From: Eledone cirrhosa
Lineage: Eukaryota
Direction: 5' to 3'
DNA length: 64,000 bases
Assembly (NCBI GenBank): GCA_964016885.1
Contig: OZ024746.1
Coordinates: 80,724,001-80,788,000 of the forward strand
The translations under genes were made by a program, and so were the position numbers. Positions 24,097 to 37,535 of the stretch are shown here, one piece after another. The notes under the pieces were generated by a model that was given only the letters and a program-made list of their open reading frames with translations, had not been told where the DNA came from and did no database searches. Positions within the stretch are counted from its first letter, which is position 1. The number at the start of each line of letters is the position of its first letter.

Positions 24097-24370
24097 GGAA
24101 GCAGTACATAGAATTTCTTCAATGCAAACAGAACTGGTGTGGTATTAAAATAACCACCAAACTCTCCAGCCAATTTACCCAGTAAAAAATTTCAAATATT
24201 TTTCACAAAGATAGAAATTTACAATTTAAAAACAAAAATTCAAAGAAAGTTGTGTTGCTTTATCTTTTGTAAGACCAAAAGATCCTTTCTACACTGTTAT
24301 CTCTATTCATTCAAGGTGAATGTGACGTATTGAAAAAGATAAAACTAGACATTCCATATTTTGTAACTAT

Positions 24371-24404
24371 GTTAGGGCACCCAACTATGGTTGGGTGCCC
24401 TAAC
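24371..24404. other. Perfect 15-bp stem hairpin
   Basis: gttagggcacccaac tatg gttgggtgccctaac. Confidence 0.85.
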
Positions 24405-25204
24405 TAACACCAATTACTTTGCAGAGTTTACTGAGTGCAGTTTATCACGAGAACATACATAACATACATTTGTGGCTGTTGTGATCTGGTTACATATCCC
24501 AAGTTTGGGAAAATGGGTGGTCCATGTTTGTTTTGCCAAATTTGGAGGGTGAGTACAGTTTGGTTTCGCATGAGTCATGACTGCAAGTTGGCGTTTGGTT
24601 AAGGGTGTTTTCTAAGTATTTGTAGACTGATTGGAACCATAACGGTCTTATTTACATATACATGCATTCATACATACACACACACACACATACACACATA
24701 CACTTACATACATACATACACACATACACACACACACTTACATACATACATACACACATACATACAGACGTAAATACATACATGGTATATGTGTGTGTCA
24801 ACATTCTCTATGACCAACAAACCTAAAATATATATCTAGCACAAATATAAATATATTCATTAGGATTAATTGGTTCAATCAAATATTAACACCTGTCCCA
24901 ATTTTGCAAAATCTGTAAAACAAAAAAAAAGAAAGAAAGAACAAAGATGTAATAACAAAGTGTTTAATAACAAAACATCCAAGTGTGGTCTTCAATTTGA
25001 ATTTGTCATATCATCTATTACTGGAATATTTGTCATCATTGTTGTCAATTATCCATTGTGGTGCTATCTAGAAATAACCTCATTGTAGTAACAGTTGTAT
25101 GTGAATATTGATAATATTCAATTTGAAATGAGTACACACAACAATGAGTATTACAGAATTTAAGTTTAATTTAATTTCAAATGTTTTATTTTTTATTATT
25201 GATG

Positions 25205-25532
25205 CGTAGATTGTATAATGCCTGCACAAGGAGTGATATGTTACATGGTAGTGAGATATGGGTGGTAAATGCAGAGGTTATATGGAGACTGGGGAGAAAT
25301 GAAACAAGCATGTTCTGTTGAATGTGTAATGATAGTGTACATGAATGACAGTAAGTGGATGAACTGAGAGAAAAGCTGGATATAAAGGGAATTATATGTA
25401 GTAAGCAAGACAGAAAACTGCACTGGAAAACCACACAGAAGAGATAACAAGGGAATGATGTTATTAGAGGGAAGCAGTTCTGGAGAGGACCCATCCAACC
25501 CATGCAAGCATAGAAAATTGGACATAAAATGA
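25205..25532 (+). mobile_element. Decayed RTE LINE 3' end
   Basis: LYNAC..S.MLHGSE.W-like remnant (ttgtataatgcctgc...atgttacatggtagtgag) and terminal acccatgcaagcatag...ggacataaaatgat. Confidence 0.7.
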
Positions 25533-27294
25533 TATCTTTTAACTTTTTTTAATAGCAATCTTCCTGAGATCACCTAAACTCAACTGTTTAGAAGAATTGA
25601 ATTAAAATACAACCAACATTTTAAGGCCATTTCTCCTTCTAAAGCAAAAGTTTGGCTTTGTGGACCCCATGACAAGATTATCCATTTTTCCCAATTGGCT
25701 ACACCCCCTTCTGTACATCAACCTCTTAAGATATTTAGCACCCTACACTAGTCCTACAATGTGTGCTTCCCTCTCTCAGTTATACACCCCATTCTCTCAA
25801 ATAAATGATTTTAACTTATAGTTTTGCAAGCTAAAAAGCTTAGTTTTTTATACTTCTTGCTCTAACCACACCAAGAAAAATACTAAGACTGCATTTTCTA
25901 CTACAGTCCACACTCCTTATCATAATATGTTTATTTTCCCTGTTAGCAATGGTTGGACAGGTTGTCACACACTACGTTAAGTCAATGCTGATTTGGAGCA
26001 TTTGATCTTGCTAATAGACCAAGGGCAACATCTCGCTTGCACACATTCCTGCATTCTGCAGAGTCCACTGGGTGCATTTTAATTAGGTATTAGTACTAGG
26101 TTAGTTGTCATGTCTTTGACACAGCTGAAATGTCTTCTCAGTCATTTGTTTGGCAAGTTTTCTATGGCTGGATGTCTTACCTTTCTTCAATCACTTTAAA
26201 GAGTGTACTGGGTGCGTTTTATCATATCTTCAACATTAGAGAGGTTGTCATGCCCTTGACACAACCAAAGAGTCCTTTCATTCCTTTTTTGCCATGGTTT
26301 CTACAATTGGATCCCCTTCCTATCATCAATGGCATTACAGGGCGTTTACAGGGTGTACTAGGTGCATATTTTATGGTACTAGCACTATAAAAGTTATCAC
26401 GTCATGGCTGCACCCACACTAGAGATGGTGTATCATAACTCAAAGGTCCTTCAAGCCAAATTCTAACCTTGATAGCTCACCTGCTGTTACTACTGCTGCT
26501 GCTGCTGGAGTATAAATTGGAGAAAAACAGATATTATACATTATCACTTATGGTGCAACCATAAATCATGTTTTATTTCACTGGTATGTTAGTAAGCTTC
26601 AGCAATTGTTCCCAAAGGCTGTCGTTTATCACCCGCTATCCTCAGTAACCTTGTTGGATTGATTTGTTTGTTGTTTATACGGTTGCTGCAGCTTCTCGCT
26701 CCCTGGCCAACAATTATTGTTAGCTGTCATTTGATCAGCTTTCTCCCATCAAATGTAATTAGTCATCAAAACAATTATAGTAGAACCAACCTGTTATAAA
26801 TCACATGTGTGGTGTGGTGTGGGACTTGTGAGTGATATATAAATTTGTGCATGCATGTTTGTGTGTGTATCTGTGTGTGCATGCATGATGTGTGTTTGTG
26901 CTGCATGTGTATGTGTGATGAGTGAGTGTGTTGCATATATGTATTTGTGTATGATGTGTATGTATGTCTGCTGTGTGTAAATATGTGTCTTTGTCTGTAT
27001 GTGGGTTTCCTTGTGTCTTTGTCTGTATATAATGCATATGTGTGTCTGTGTCTGTATATAATGCATATGTGTGTCTGCTGTGTATGTATATATTTAATGT
27101 GCATGTGATGTGTGTGCATGTGAACGTTGCTATTTTTGTATTTTCAAAATTTCTCCTTTTGAAGGACTAATCAGAAAGAAAGCAATATTCTTCATTAGAA
27201 TTTAGACAATGGCGTCTGTAGTGTGGCATGCTGAACTTTGGAAAAGTTCTTGGTATTTTTATTTATATAGCAAATTTCTAGAACATATCATCAT

Positions 27295-29385
27295 CATCAT
27301 CATCACCGTTTTACGTCCGTTCTTCCACACTAGCATGGGTTAGACGGGTTGTCCTGTTGTGGGCAGTGTCTGGTCGGCTGACCATGCCTTGCTCATACAG
27401 GAACTGATCTGGCTTGATTTCTACAGCTGGATGCCCTTCCTAACACCAACCTCATTTACAGTGAGTGCTGGGTGCTTTTTCGTGGCGCCTACACGTCCAC
27501 TTTACAGTGTGGGCTGGGTGCTTTTTTGCCGTGGCACCTCCACGACCACCTTGCGGTGGGGGGGGGGGGGGGGGGGGCATATTGTTTATATGCTTCAGTA
27601 TGTACCCATGGGAGGTCGGGTACCCTGTATTACTGCGTGACGCCAGAAGTCACGGTCGTGTGTCATTGACTTTGAGAGGTGTAGTTGGGTAAGGTCGGCT
27701 TTTATCACCTCATCCCAAGTCATCTTGGGTCTCCCCACTCCGCGGTTTCCATCAACTTCTAGTGCTCTGCACCTTTTTATGCAGCTGTCATCCTTCATAC
27801 GCATCACATGTCCATACCAGCGTAACCGCCTCTCCTGCACGCAGCATTTGATTCCTCTTATGCTCAGTCTCTCTCTCAATTCCTTTATGCTTTGTCGTTC
27901 ACGTATATTACTGTTACACATCCATCGGAGCATGCAGGCTTCGTTTCTCTCTAATCTACGTAAGTCTTCCACCTTCAGCGCCCAGGTCTCACTACCATGC
28001 AACATCGCTGTTCGGATACACGCATCATACAGTCTGCCTTTCATTCTGAGGGAGAAGCCTTTTGCAGCTAGCAGTGGTAGTAGTTCCCTAAACTTCTTCC
28101 ATCCCGTTCTTACCCTAGTTATTGTACTTTCTGAGCACCCACCTCCGTTGCTAATTCGGTCACCTAGGTAGCAGAAGCTGTCTACTGTTGCTACAGGGCC
28201 CTCCCAGAGATTGGTGGTACTTGTTTCCTGTGGCTGTTTGCTTGCTGTTTCAGCACAGCTGCTGCATGTGAATCCTACATTCTTAATTAAGCTTCCTGAG
28301 ATCCTGCTACATCTCTTGTGTACCCATTGTTTGCATTTGGGGCAGAGAATGGAGTTCCTACCTACACCTTTCCTACATACTGAGCAAGGCCATTTCCCTG
28401 AGGGGATCTGGGTTCTGTTTTCTCGTCTACTTATAAGGACCTTAGTCTTTGTCATGTTGACTTTGAGGCCCTTTCTCTCTAGTCCCTGCTTCCAGGTTTG
28501 GAATTTATTCTCTAGTTCTACCATAGATTCAGCTATGAGTGCGAGGTCATCAGCATACAGGAGTTCCCATGGGCATCCAGTCTTAAACTCCTCCGTTATT
28601 GCCTGCAGGACTATGATGAACAGGAGAGGGCTAAGAACAGAGCCCTGGTGGACCCCAACCTGTACGCTAAATTCCTCGCTATACTCATTGCCAATCCTAA
28701 CTTTGCTGACTGCTCCCCTATACATGGCTTGTACCGCTTTCACAAGCCATTCATCTACTCCTAGTTTTCTAAGAGCCCACCAGATTACTGCACGTGGAAC
28801 TCTGTCAAAGGCTTTCTCAAGGTCGACAAATGCCAAGTAGAGTGGCTTACTTTTAGCTAGGTACTTTTCCTGTAATTGCCTCACAAGGAAGAGGGCATCA
28901 GTGGTGCCTTTCCCTGGTACAAACCCAAATTGCATCTCGTCTATATTCACCCGGTCCCTAATCAGCTGTGCTATAACTCTTTCTGTTACTTTCATGACCT
29001 GGTCCATCAACTTTATACCTCTATAGTTTCCTCTATCTAGTGCATCGCCTTTACCTTTGTAGCAGTTGACAATGATGCTACTGCACCAATCTTTTGGTAT
29101 GGCCCCCTCTAGTATTACCTGGTTAACGATACGTGTGGTTATAGTGTGACCTACAGACCCAGATGCCTTCAGCATCTCGGCAGCTATACCCGATGGACCG
29201 GTTGCCTTCCCTATCTTCATATCTCTGATTGCCTTACTTACTACGCTGCCGCTGACTTGTACTGCTGGTCCCTCTATAGGGTCTACGTGGGGTAGGGTCT
29301 CTTCTTCCCATGCATTCTCCTCATTTAGTAATCTATCATAATGACTCTTCCATGCATCTTTCTTCTCAGCACTTGTGAGGGCAAG
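27295..29385 (-). mobile_element. 5'-truncated, young RTE-clade LINE with ~300-bp 3' UTR and (GAT)n tail
   Basis: Uninterrupted RT ORF; 11-bp TSD catatcatcat at 27284-27294 and 29386-29396; no endonuclease domain retained. Confidence 0.92.
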
Positions 29386-29430
29386 CATATCATCATTATT
29401 ATCATCAGTCCGAGTGCAATGGCTTGGCAT
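27595..29430 (-). CDS. RTE-clade LINE ORF C-terminal part: reverse transcriptase with PHD-like finger (N-terminal ~15 aa derive from flank and TSD)
   Basis: Motifs NYRGIKL, QFGF, FVDLEKAFDRV, GVHQGSVLSPLLF, YADD (28546-28557), YLG, RRLRWYGHV, GRPKMTW. Confidence 0.9.
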   Translation of the reverse strand: MPSHCTRTDDNNDDMLALTSAEKKDAWKSHYDRLLNEENAWEEETLPHVDPIEGPAVQVSGSVVSKAIRDMKIGKATGPSGIAAEMLKASGSVGHTITTRIVNQVILEGAIPKDWCSSIIVNCYKGKGDALDRGNYRGIKLMDQVMKVTERVIAQLIRDRVNIDEMQFGFVPGKGTTDALFLVRQLQEKYLAKSKPLYLAFVDLEKAFDRVPRAVIWWALRKLGVDEWLVKAVQAMYRGAVSKVRIGNEYSEEFSVQVGVHQGSVLSPLLFIIVLQAITEEFKTGCPWELLYADDLALIAESMVELENKFQTWKQGLERKGLKVNMTKTKVLISRRENRTQIPSGKWPCSVCRKGVGRNSILCPKCKQWVHKRCSRISGSLIKNVGFTCSSCAETASKQPQETSTTNLWEGPVATVDSFCYLGDRISNGGGCSESTITRVRTGWKKFRELLPLLAAKGFSLRMKGRLYDACIRTAMLHGSETWALKVEDLRRLERNEACMLRWMCNSNIRERQSIKELRERLSIRGIKCCVQERRLRWYGHVMRMKDDSCIKRCRALEVDGNRGVGRPKMTWDEVIKADLTQLHLSKSMTHDRDFWRHAVIQGTRPPMGTY

Positions 29431-30140
29431 AATAGTTAGAGCATCAGAAAAATATGCTTTGCAGTATATCTAAAAAATGTTTTGCAGTATATCTTCCATT
29501 CTGATTTCAAATCCTACTGAGGTCAACTTTACCTTTCTTCCTTCCAAGTTTAATAAAATAAAGTTCTAGTCAAATGCTGGGGTTGATATAATCTACTTTC
29601 TCCTTCTCCCCAAATTGCTGGCATTGGGCTTAAATTAGAAACCATTCACTCCCTCCTCCCCCTTCTCCAGCTTATCTTCCTCAATCATCATTTTTTTTTT
29701 GTCTGAGGGAAAAAAAAAACATCTTTTCTTGGTGTACTACTTAAATCTTCCATGAAATAGTCACCTAAATTGGAAACAGAATTATATAGTATTTCTGAAA
29801 TACATCATGCAAGGGACATTCATTATGATTTAATGCTGTTGTTGATTGTATTATGTATTCATAGAAATGTAGCAGTTGACATTTTTAATACTACTATAAG
29901 GGATTAAGAGTTTAAATATTTCTTAGCTAAATCTTTTCCTTTTTTGTAATTGTTCAGTCAGGAGAGAAAGCAGTGCCCATGGCTCTTTTCAAGGCCTCCA
30001 TGATTATACAGACTTTGTAACCAAAATGAAACACTACCAATCTATTGTATGTGTTGAGTTGCATAGCAACAGTTGCTATGGCAATCACGTGATTACAATA
30101 GCAACCTTTTTGACATTGCATTGTTATTGTTTCATTATTA

Positions 30141-30360
30141 GCAGTGGATTGGCAGTATCGGTAGAGCAATGGACACCATAGTTTGCGGAATAGAGTTACG
30201 GCCCTTTATGTTCTGATTTCAAATCCCACTGAGGTTAGCTTTGCCTCTCGACCTTACAGGGTCGATAAATAAAGTACCAGTTATGCATTGGGGTCGATTT
30301 GATCGACTTTCCCCTTCCCTTCAAATTGCTGGCCTTGTGCCAAATGTAGAAACCATTATT
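30141..30360 (+). mobile_element. tRNA-derived SINE, family A
   Basis: Family A head and core. Confidence 0.85.
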
Positions 30361-33300
30361 AGCAGACATGGCAAAGAGAATGTACATGACAGTACCTATA
30401 TGCAGTACCTATATCCCTGCAAAGTTTTATGATAGCCTTATCATAGCCCACTTATCATAGCCTTAGTGGGTAGGAAAAATTTGAACACTATAAAAGTACT
30501 AAATTTCAACACATCTGGGTACAACTGATGATGTCATCAGAAAATGGTGATGTCAGCAACACCTCTGTAATGCAGAAATGTTTGCCTTTTAGTGGTCTAT
30601 ACATGGACCAAGTTCCATTGTCATAACATTAGTGATTCAGAAATATAGCAGGGGTGTGTGGCTCTGAGATCCCCTCCGCCATCAGGTATATGGAACCCCT
30701 AAAACACCAATATATTATAGGGTTAATCCTTTTGTTACCAAACTGCTTGAAATTAGTTCTTGTTTAAGATACAAAGCTGTTTATGTTTATCCAAAAGTTT
30801 TCTATCATAATTTTATATGAAAGCCTTTAAGTTATGTTAGAAATACTATATAAATAAAATTAGAAAGTTAGCTATATTACTAAATCTCTCTTAATTCTTG
30901 ATTATTTTCAAAATGATTTGAAAATAAGCAGTGTCTTTCATTAGAAATATAGTAACAAAAGAGTCATGTCTTTTATTAGAAATATGTAATAAAGCATTCT
31001 TATATTCATTCATAATTATATAAATAACATTACAAATTATTTATAATTCTTATAGAATGAAAATAGACACAAATAATATATACAATACTTAAAAAGTATA
31101 TAAGATTAAATAGAAGAAAGAAAAAAAGTGGAAAACGAAAACAGCCATCAATTCACCACCAAGTGCGACAATCGGCCACACATCATAAGGGTCAACTACA
31201 TAAAAATATGGTGGGATTTGGACTCAGATTACAAAATACCATAACAAATATTGCAAAACATACTGACTGATATTCTTATAATTCCACCAATACATTACGC
31301 TAGTCTGGTGTTTTATTTATTCACCTTGGAAAGATGAAAATAAATTTGATCTCAGCAGGGTATGAATTCAGAAGCCAAGGGTCCAAAATAACAAGGCATT
31401 TTATTTGATGCTTTAAAGCTCCCATAACTTTTAACATATGATATATGATCCATGAGATCCTACACTCTGTGTTATAATATATCATATATAATGGATTTCT
31501 GTTGGTTTCTGTATGCCAGTCATTCAGTCAACAGTGCAACCTCATGAAATTAATGTACAAGTGGCTGAGCATTCCACAGATACATGTATCCACAACATAA
31601 TTCTCAGGGAGATACAGCATGAAAGTGCATGACAAGGCTGGCCATATGAATAACAGACACAGGCTATCTAACAGACTTCTAAACTGATTCCAGCTCCTTA
31701 ATTTCACTCACAAGACAAGAGTTGACTCGTCACCATGGTAAATGACACTTGGTCAAGATGCCACAGTGGGAGTGAAACCAGGACTTAATGATTATGAAGC
31801 AAACTTCTTAACCATTCGATCTTGCTATGTTGAGATTATGCTCAAGTTTATAGCACACATACCTATAGAGAACTTTTAGTTGATGTGGTGTGAATTTATT
31901 CGATAGATCTCTATTAGTGTAGAATTCCCCAGTGATTATGTTGTCATAGGCAACGAACTGGCAGAGTTATTTGATCATCAGATAGAATGATTTGTGGTAT
32001 TCATTTTGGCTGTCTGTGCTCTTTGAGTTAAAATCCTTTCAAAGTAATTTAAAAAACTACTAGTTAGGTACTGGGGTTGATTCTCTTTGTATATCTCTTT
32101 CTCATTTACCCCCCCCCCCTTTCTTTGGAAGAAATTGGCTGCGTTCAGACCTGGAGACGGGATGGGATCTGCCAGGTTTAAAGTGCTCAAAACACACTAT
32201 ATGTTGCAACAATGCCTGTATGACTCAACCAGGAGTTACAGGTCCATATGTATATACATATGTAGTTACACTAAATCTCAACTTATAAGTGTTTCTTGAA
32301 CAACTTACTCAACAGTTCATAAGATGTTGTAATCCTCAAGTTTGAGTATTTGTTGAATGTGTTAGCTTTTGTGCACACTGTTTATTAGATTCTACCTGCC
32401 TGACAAATACAAACAACACTTAAAAGATGTCTACACTGAGGTTAAACTTCTGCTTCCTTATGTATTGTTGTGTCTATGGATTTTTCTGCTGATATTTAAA
32501 CAACAATAACATTGTTTTAATAATTGCCCAATCAAGTATGAAGGTGATGAATTAATAGAGCCATTAGTGTATCAGGCTAAATGCTTTATAATATTTGTTC
32601 TAGCTATCTGCACTCTGAGCTCAAATTCTGCCAAAGTTAACTTTGCCTTTCATCCTTTCAGGATCCATAAAGTATCAATCCTGAGTGGTTGATTGGTGAA
32701 ATTGTAAGAATGTTGGATGGGATGATTTGCATTATTTGTTTCAGCTTGGTGCATTCTGAGTTCAAATTCTATCCCATGTCAATAGAAAAAATAGCGACAT
32801 GATAGGAATAGGACTCCTAATATTAAAACTCCCTAGAAACCTCTGAGATGCAACTTCACAGTAAGCCAACTAAACCTATATAGGTGTGAGCTGTAACAAT
32901 AACAACAAAAATCAAGTATGCTGAATATAAATACTAGTAAAGCTACAGTAAATTCTTGTGTTAGACTATCTTGTGAGAGAAAAACTCTGATTGTCATGTC
33001 TTTATGCAGAGAGTAGTAGTCTGATAATTTTTGTTTTATTGATTACAGGACTTCTTCTCATATAGTGGCTAGCTATTTGTAGCATTCATTGTTTAGAACA
33101 AGGTTAATAGAAAGACTATTGATTGTGAAATTGTCACTTTGTGCTTATAGGATAAAAAAACATTTGTTGGAGCAGAATTCCATTCTGATGTCATGTGAAT
33201 AACTTATTGTCAGGTCAAGTTGTTCTTGGAGCTATTATTATTGATGTAGATGTTCAGGCTATCAGCAAGGGAACTCTGGATTACATTGATTTTATTTTGC

Positions 33301-33499
33301 TATTGTGGACCTTAGTGTAAATTCATTGGACTTCTTTAGTAAAGATAACATGGGATTTAGTACCAGAGCAGAGAGAATGACATTTTCTATTTAGAATATT
33401 CCTCAATATAATTTCATAGTGTTATTCTTTTACTGCTTTCAGTCTTTTCACTAAAGTCATGCTGGAGCACTACCTTGAAGGATTTTAGTCGATTATGTT

Positions 33500-34010
33500 A
33501 GAGAAGATTGCTGATCAGTGACAAGATAGCTTCTTGCTAAAACCATTTCCTTTACTGAATCTACCAACTTACTCTCAATTCAGATGATGCTCTAAGTATA
33601 TTTACCCCAACTGCTAAAATTACTATATTTACTGCTCAGTTTGTCTTCAACTCCATTCTATACGAATACTGCTTCTTTATTCCTATCAACTCACCACTAT
33701 CTTCATCATTTCTGCAGGTGGTGCTTTCTTCAGTTTCCAAAGCAATGGTTTAGCCAATTTTAGATGTATTCTAGTCATCATCACCCTGAAATAATATCTC
33801 TTCGAGTTTGTTCACTTTCATCACTAAACTCTCCAATTTCTTTTCCTTTATTAATACTTACTCCAACACTGCATGCAACTATTTCTTAGCAAGACAATCT
33901 ATCTATGTTTATTGCCTTCATATCTACTGTCTTTAAGATAAGCAAGATAATAAATATAACCACCTGCTTTTACACTAGATCTTGTCCTTCGTCAGTGGCT
34001 ATTAGTATAG
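33500..34010 (-). mobile_element. Highly decayed LINE (RTE-like) RT fragment
   Basis: Reverse strand shows KY-LG-like and GRFSKG-like remnants (ggggtaaatatacttagagcatc; gttggtagattcagtaaagg); many stops. Confidence 0.4.
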
Positions 34011-36078
34011 ATTTCACAAATTATATCTGCTAGAAATTTCCTTTGTTGTTAAGTGACACTTAATTAGTTAGCTATTCATGTAAACTTACATTAAAATACA
34101 ATTGTTGCCCTTCGAATTAGCAAAACCTTCAAGTATATCTGGGAAGAAAGCCCAAGAAAGTTGCATACCATTGAAATTTATCATCACAAAATTAATATCT
34201 GAGAAAACATAGAGCTGAGAGGATTCTTCAGGTTTAGCAAGGGCATAACAACTTCCTTAGTGCTGATGCCAGGATTTTCTTTTTGGCTCTATCTACTCAA
34301 TCATTCCACTACCATGTTACTTTCCATCTAGTTGGGACTTTGCTCCAATTATGGACCACGTCTGTGGGCTTCAGCAGGTTGTCATAGCAATTTCCAGTTT
34401 TTTCTCTATGCTGTATGTAGGTGTTCATCTCTTCCTTACTGTTACAAATGTTGAGTAAGATTTCTGTGAAATTATTCTGAGTTGAGGTTTCTTTCAGTTT
34501 GTCTTCCTTCTCCAGATTGGTTTTTGTCTCTTAGAATCGTTACCATCACACCGCATTTCCTTTCCTTTGAAAAAGAGGTCCCTAACCTCAAAATATTATG
34601 AAGTGTAAAGGCATAAGTGTAAACTCTATCTCTAACTTGCATTGTACTGGCTTTCTCAAAGCAATCCTATTCACACATGCCTGTATGAACACATACTCAT
34701 ATATACACACATATGCATGTATGTATGCATGCACACACACATGATGCACATATACATGCACACACACACACACATAGTGTGACCTCAGCTGTTCTCTTTA
34801 TTACTATGATTTTTATATTTTTAGCTGAATTAAGAAATTTTGTCTAGATTATTCAGAATTTATGTGCCCACCTTTTTTTTTTTTTGAGCATCCTAAGCAA
34901 TTACATAGTTTTCCTAGTGTGTACTATTATATTTCAGGTGTATGTTTTGTTGTTTGAGGTTATCCTTGGTTCTTTCATATTAGGTTGGATATCTAAGCTG
35001 TGTAATTTAAATTGTATTTTCTTTAAGCAACAGTTAGGTGTATAGTTAGGTTTGAATACAAAACATCCTTCTTCTGTTGAGAACAACATCAAACTAGAAC
35101 AATTTTTTTTTTTTTCATAATGTAACAGATGTAAGCCATTTTGAAGGAGAAAATTCCTTCAGTATCCTATTACACATCATAGATAAATATTTCATTTCTC
35201 ATATATGTTAAATAAGAGAATTTAGAAGTGAATAAAACTTAAGTTAAACAACAAACAATGAGGAAACAGCCGATATCTACTTACTTATCTAGTCTCTTAC
35301 TTAACCTCTTTGGGTACTAAACCATCTGAAAGCACCCCTGGTTCTACTATACAAAGCTGTTTATTTTTAAAGTGTTTATATTTATCTAAAATCCTACCAT
35401 CATAATATTATGTATGAATCTTTATTAATTTATGTTAGTTATGTTCCAAACACCAGTTTAATAATGAGAAAGTCATATTATTAAATACTTCTATATCTCT
35501 TTTCATACCCAACTTCCTGAAACCAGCCCAGGTTCTACAATACAAAGATGCTTATTTTTAAAATGTTTATATTTATCTAAAAACCTTCCATCATAATATT
35601 ATGTAAAAACATTTGTCAATTTCTGTTGTTTATGCTTCAAACACTAACTTAATAATGAGACAAATAGTTATATTACTAAATACCTCCAAATTCTTATTTA
35701 TTTTTTAAAATGATTTGAAAATTATAGGCAGTGTGTTTCATAAGTAATATCATAACGAAAATGATAAATAAAAGAATTAGAAGTTAATAAAGCTTGAGCA
35801 GAATAGCAAATAACTGAAGTAACATCTCCATAGCTACTTGTTTATCTCATCTATTATTTAAACCTTAAGATGTAGGTGGAAGAAAATACCATGAGGCTAT
35901 AGATGTGTTTCTCCCCATCTTGAACATGTTAATGTCAACAAACAACAATAACAATAACCACAACATCAACATCTTTGAATTTCATAACTTCAGGCAGAAG
36001 ATTCCTACACTTTTTTTTGTTTGTTTCTATAGAATTTGTTTGTATGTTTGTATCATCATAAATCACTGCTATTACCAT

Positions 36079-36143
<65 letters not shown>

Positions 36144-36230
36144 TTACTACTACTACTACTACTACTACCATCATCATTTCCATCATCACCCCCATGATGA
36201 TGAGCATCCTCATCATCACCCCCACCCCAT
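36079..36230. repeat. (TAC)n / (CAT)n trinucleotide microsatellite
   Basis: Directly visible. Confidence 0.95.
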
Positions 36231-36889
36231 CTCTACTGCCACTGCTGCCACTTCTACACTTTTTCATTAAAAGCATAAACTTTATCCTGTCTTTAAAGTT
36301 TGTGTTTCCATGTCAGTAGACCTCAAGTGCTGGTGCAAGAGGCCCTACCTGTGCAGTCGATATTGTGATATTTAATGATTTTTGAACATGTTCAATTGCA
36401 TCATCAGACTAACAAGTCAAGGAGGGACTTTCATAAGAACACACCTAAACATTTTACCAAAGAAATTGAATTTTTAAGAGGAGATTGAATATTTCCATTA
36501 ACACTTTTGACACCAGCCCACCAGAAACCACCCCTGGCAATACAATACAAATATATTTGTTTTAAAGCATTTATATTTACCTTATGACTTTCCATTATAA
36601 TTTTATGTGACAACCATTGTTATGTTCTAAACACCAGCTTGATAATAATTTCTAATTTAGGCACAAGGCCAGCAATTTGGAGGAAGGGAAAGTCGATTAA
36701 ATCACCTCATGTACTTGACTGGTACTTTATTTAACGACCCCAGAAGATAAACTCCAGTTTAAAATAATATAATTAGTTATATTACTAAATCTTTTTGAAT
36801 TCTTGATTATTTAAACAATTATTTGAACATCCTAAGCAGTGTTTTTTTTTATCAGAAATATGCTCATGAAAGGATTGATAATAGCTTAA

Positions 36890-37535
36890 TAGAATTACAA
36901 CATGGCTGGAATGAAAATCAGTGTTGTGAAAACTGAGAGACTCATCCTTACAAGGAGGCCTGCACAGTGCACTCTACATGTGAATGGAGTTTCACTGAAG
37001 CAGGTGGAGAAGTATCTCAGAGCTATGTTCATAAGTGATAGAAGGCAGGAGGCTGAATTAAATGCAAGAATTACAGCTGTAAGGCACCAGCTTCAGCATT
37101 CAGTAATCAGAAGAAAGGAGGTAGGTGTAAAAGCCAAACTCGGTATCCTCAGTTTGGTATTTGTGCCAACCCTTACCTATGGTCATGACCGAAAGAATAC
37201 AATCGCAAATACAAATGGCCCAAATGGGGTTCCTCTGAAGTGTCTTTGGAGTAATGTTAATTGATAGAGTGCATAGATCAGAGATCAGAGAGTCATTCCA
37301 GGTAGAGCCATTACTTCTCCAAATTAAGTGGTTACAGCTCCAATACTGAGGGCATGTGATAGAATGTCTCAGGAAAGAATTGCTGGGCAGATTTTACAGG
37401 TAAAACCAACTGGCAGGAGACCCAGGGTTAGACCCCCGAGTAAAATAGTTGGATAACATCCAGGAGTTCAGCTGGTATCGCTTGGGGATCCAGCCAGACC
37501 AGTTGGAAATGGTTGCTTCTGACAGGACTCACTGA
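36890..37535 (+). mobile_element. Decayed RTE-clade LINE 3' part
   Basis: GMKISVVKTE, LKQVEKYL, VPTLTYGH motifs, then GRRPRVRP-like region; frameshifted. Confidence 0.8.

Noticed and set aside
22068-24097. Long YI/IY-rich ORFs (also 48958-49286, 56847-57433, 62936-63615)
   Set aside because: Translations of (TA)n and (CA)n microsatellites.
27725-28840. Plus-strand ORFs of 148 and 209 aa
   Set aside because: Antisense shadows of the RTE ORF with no recognisable motifs.
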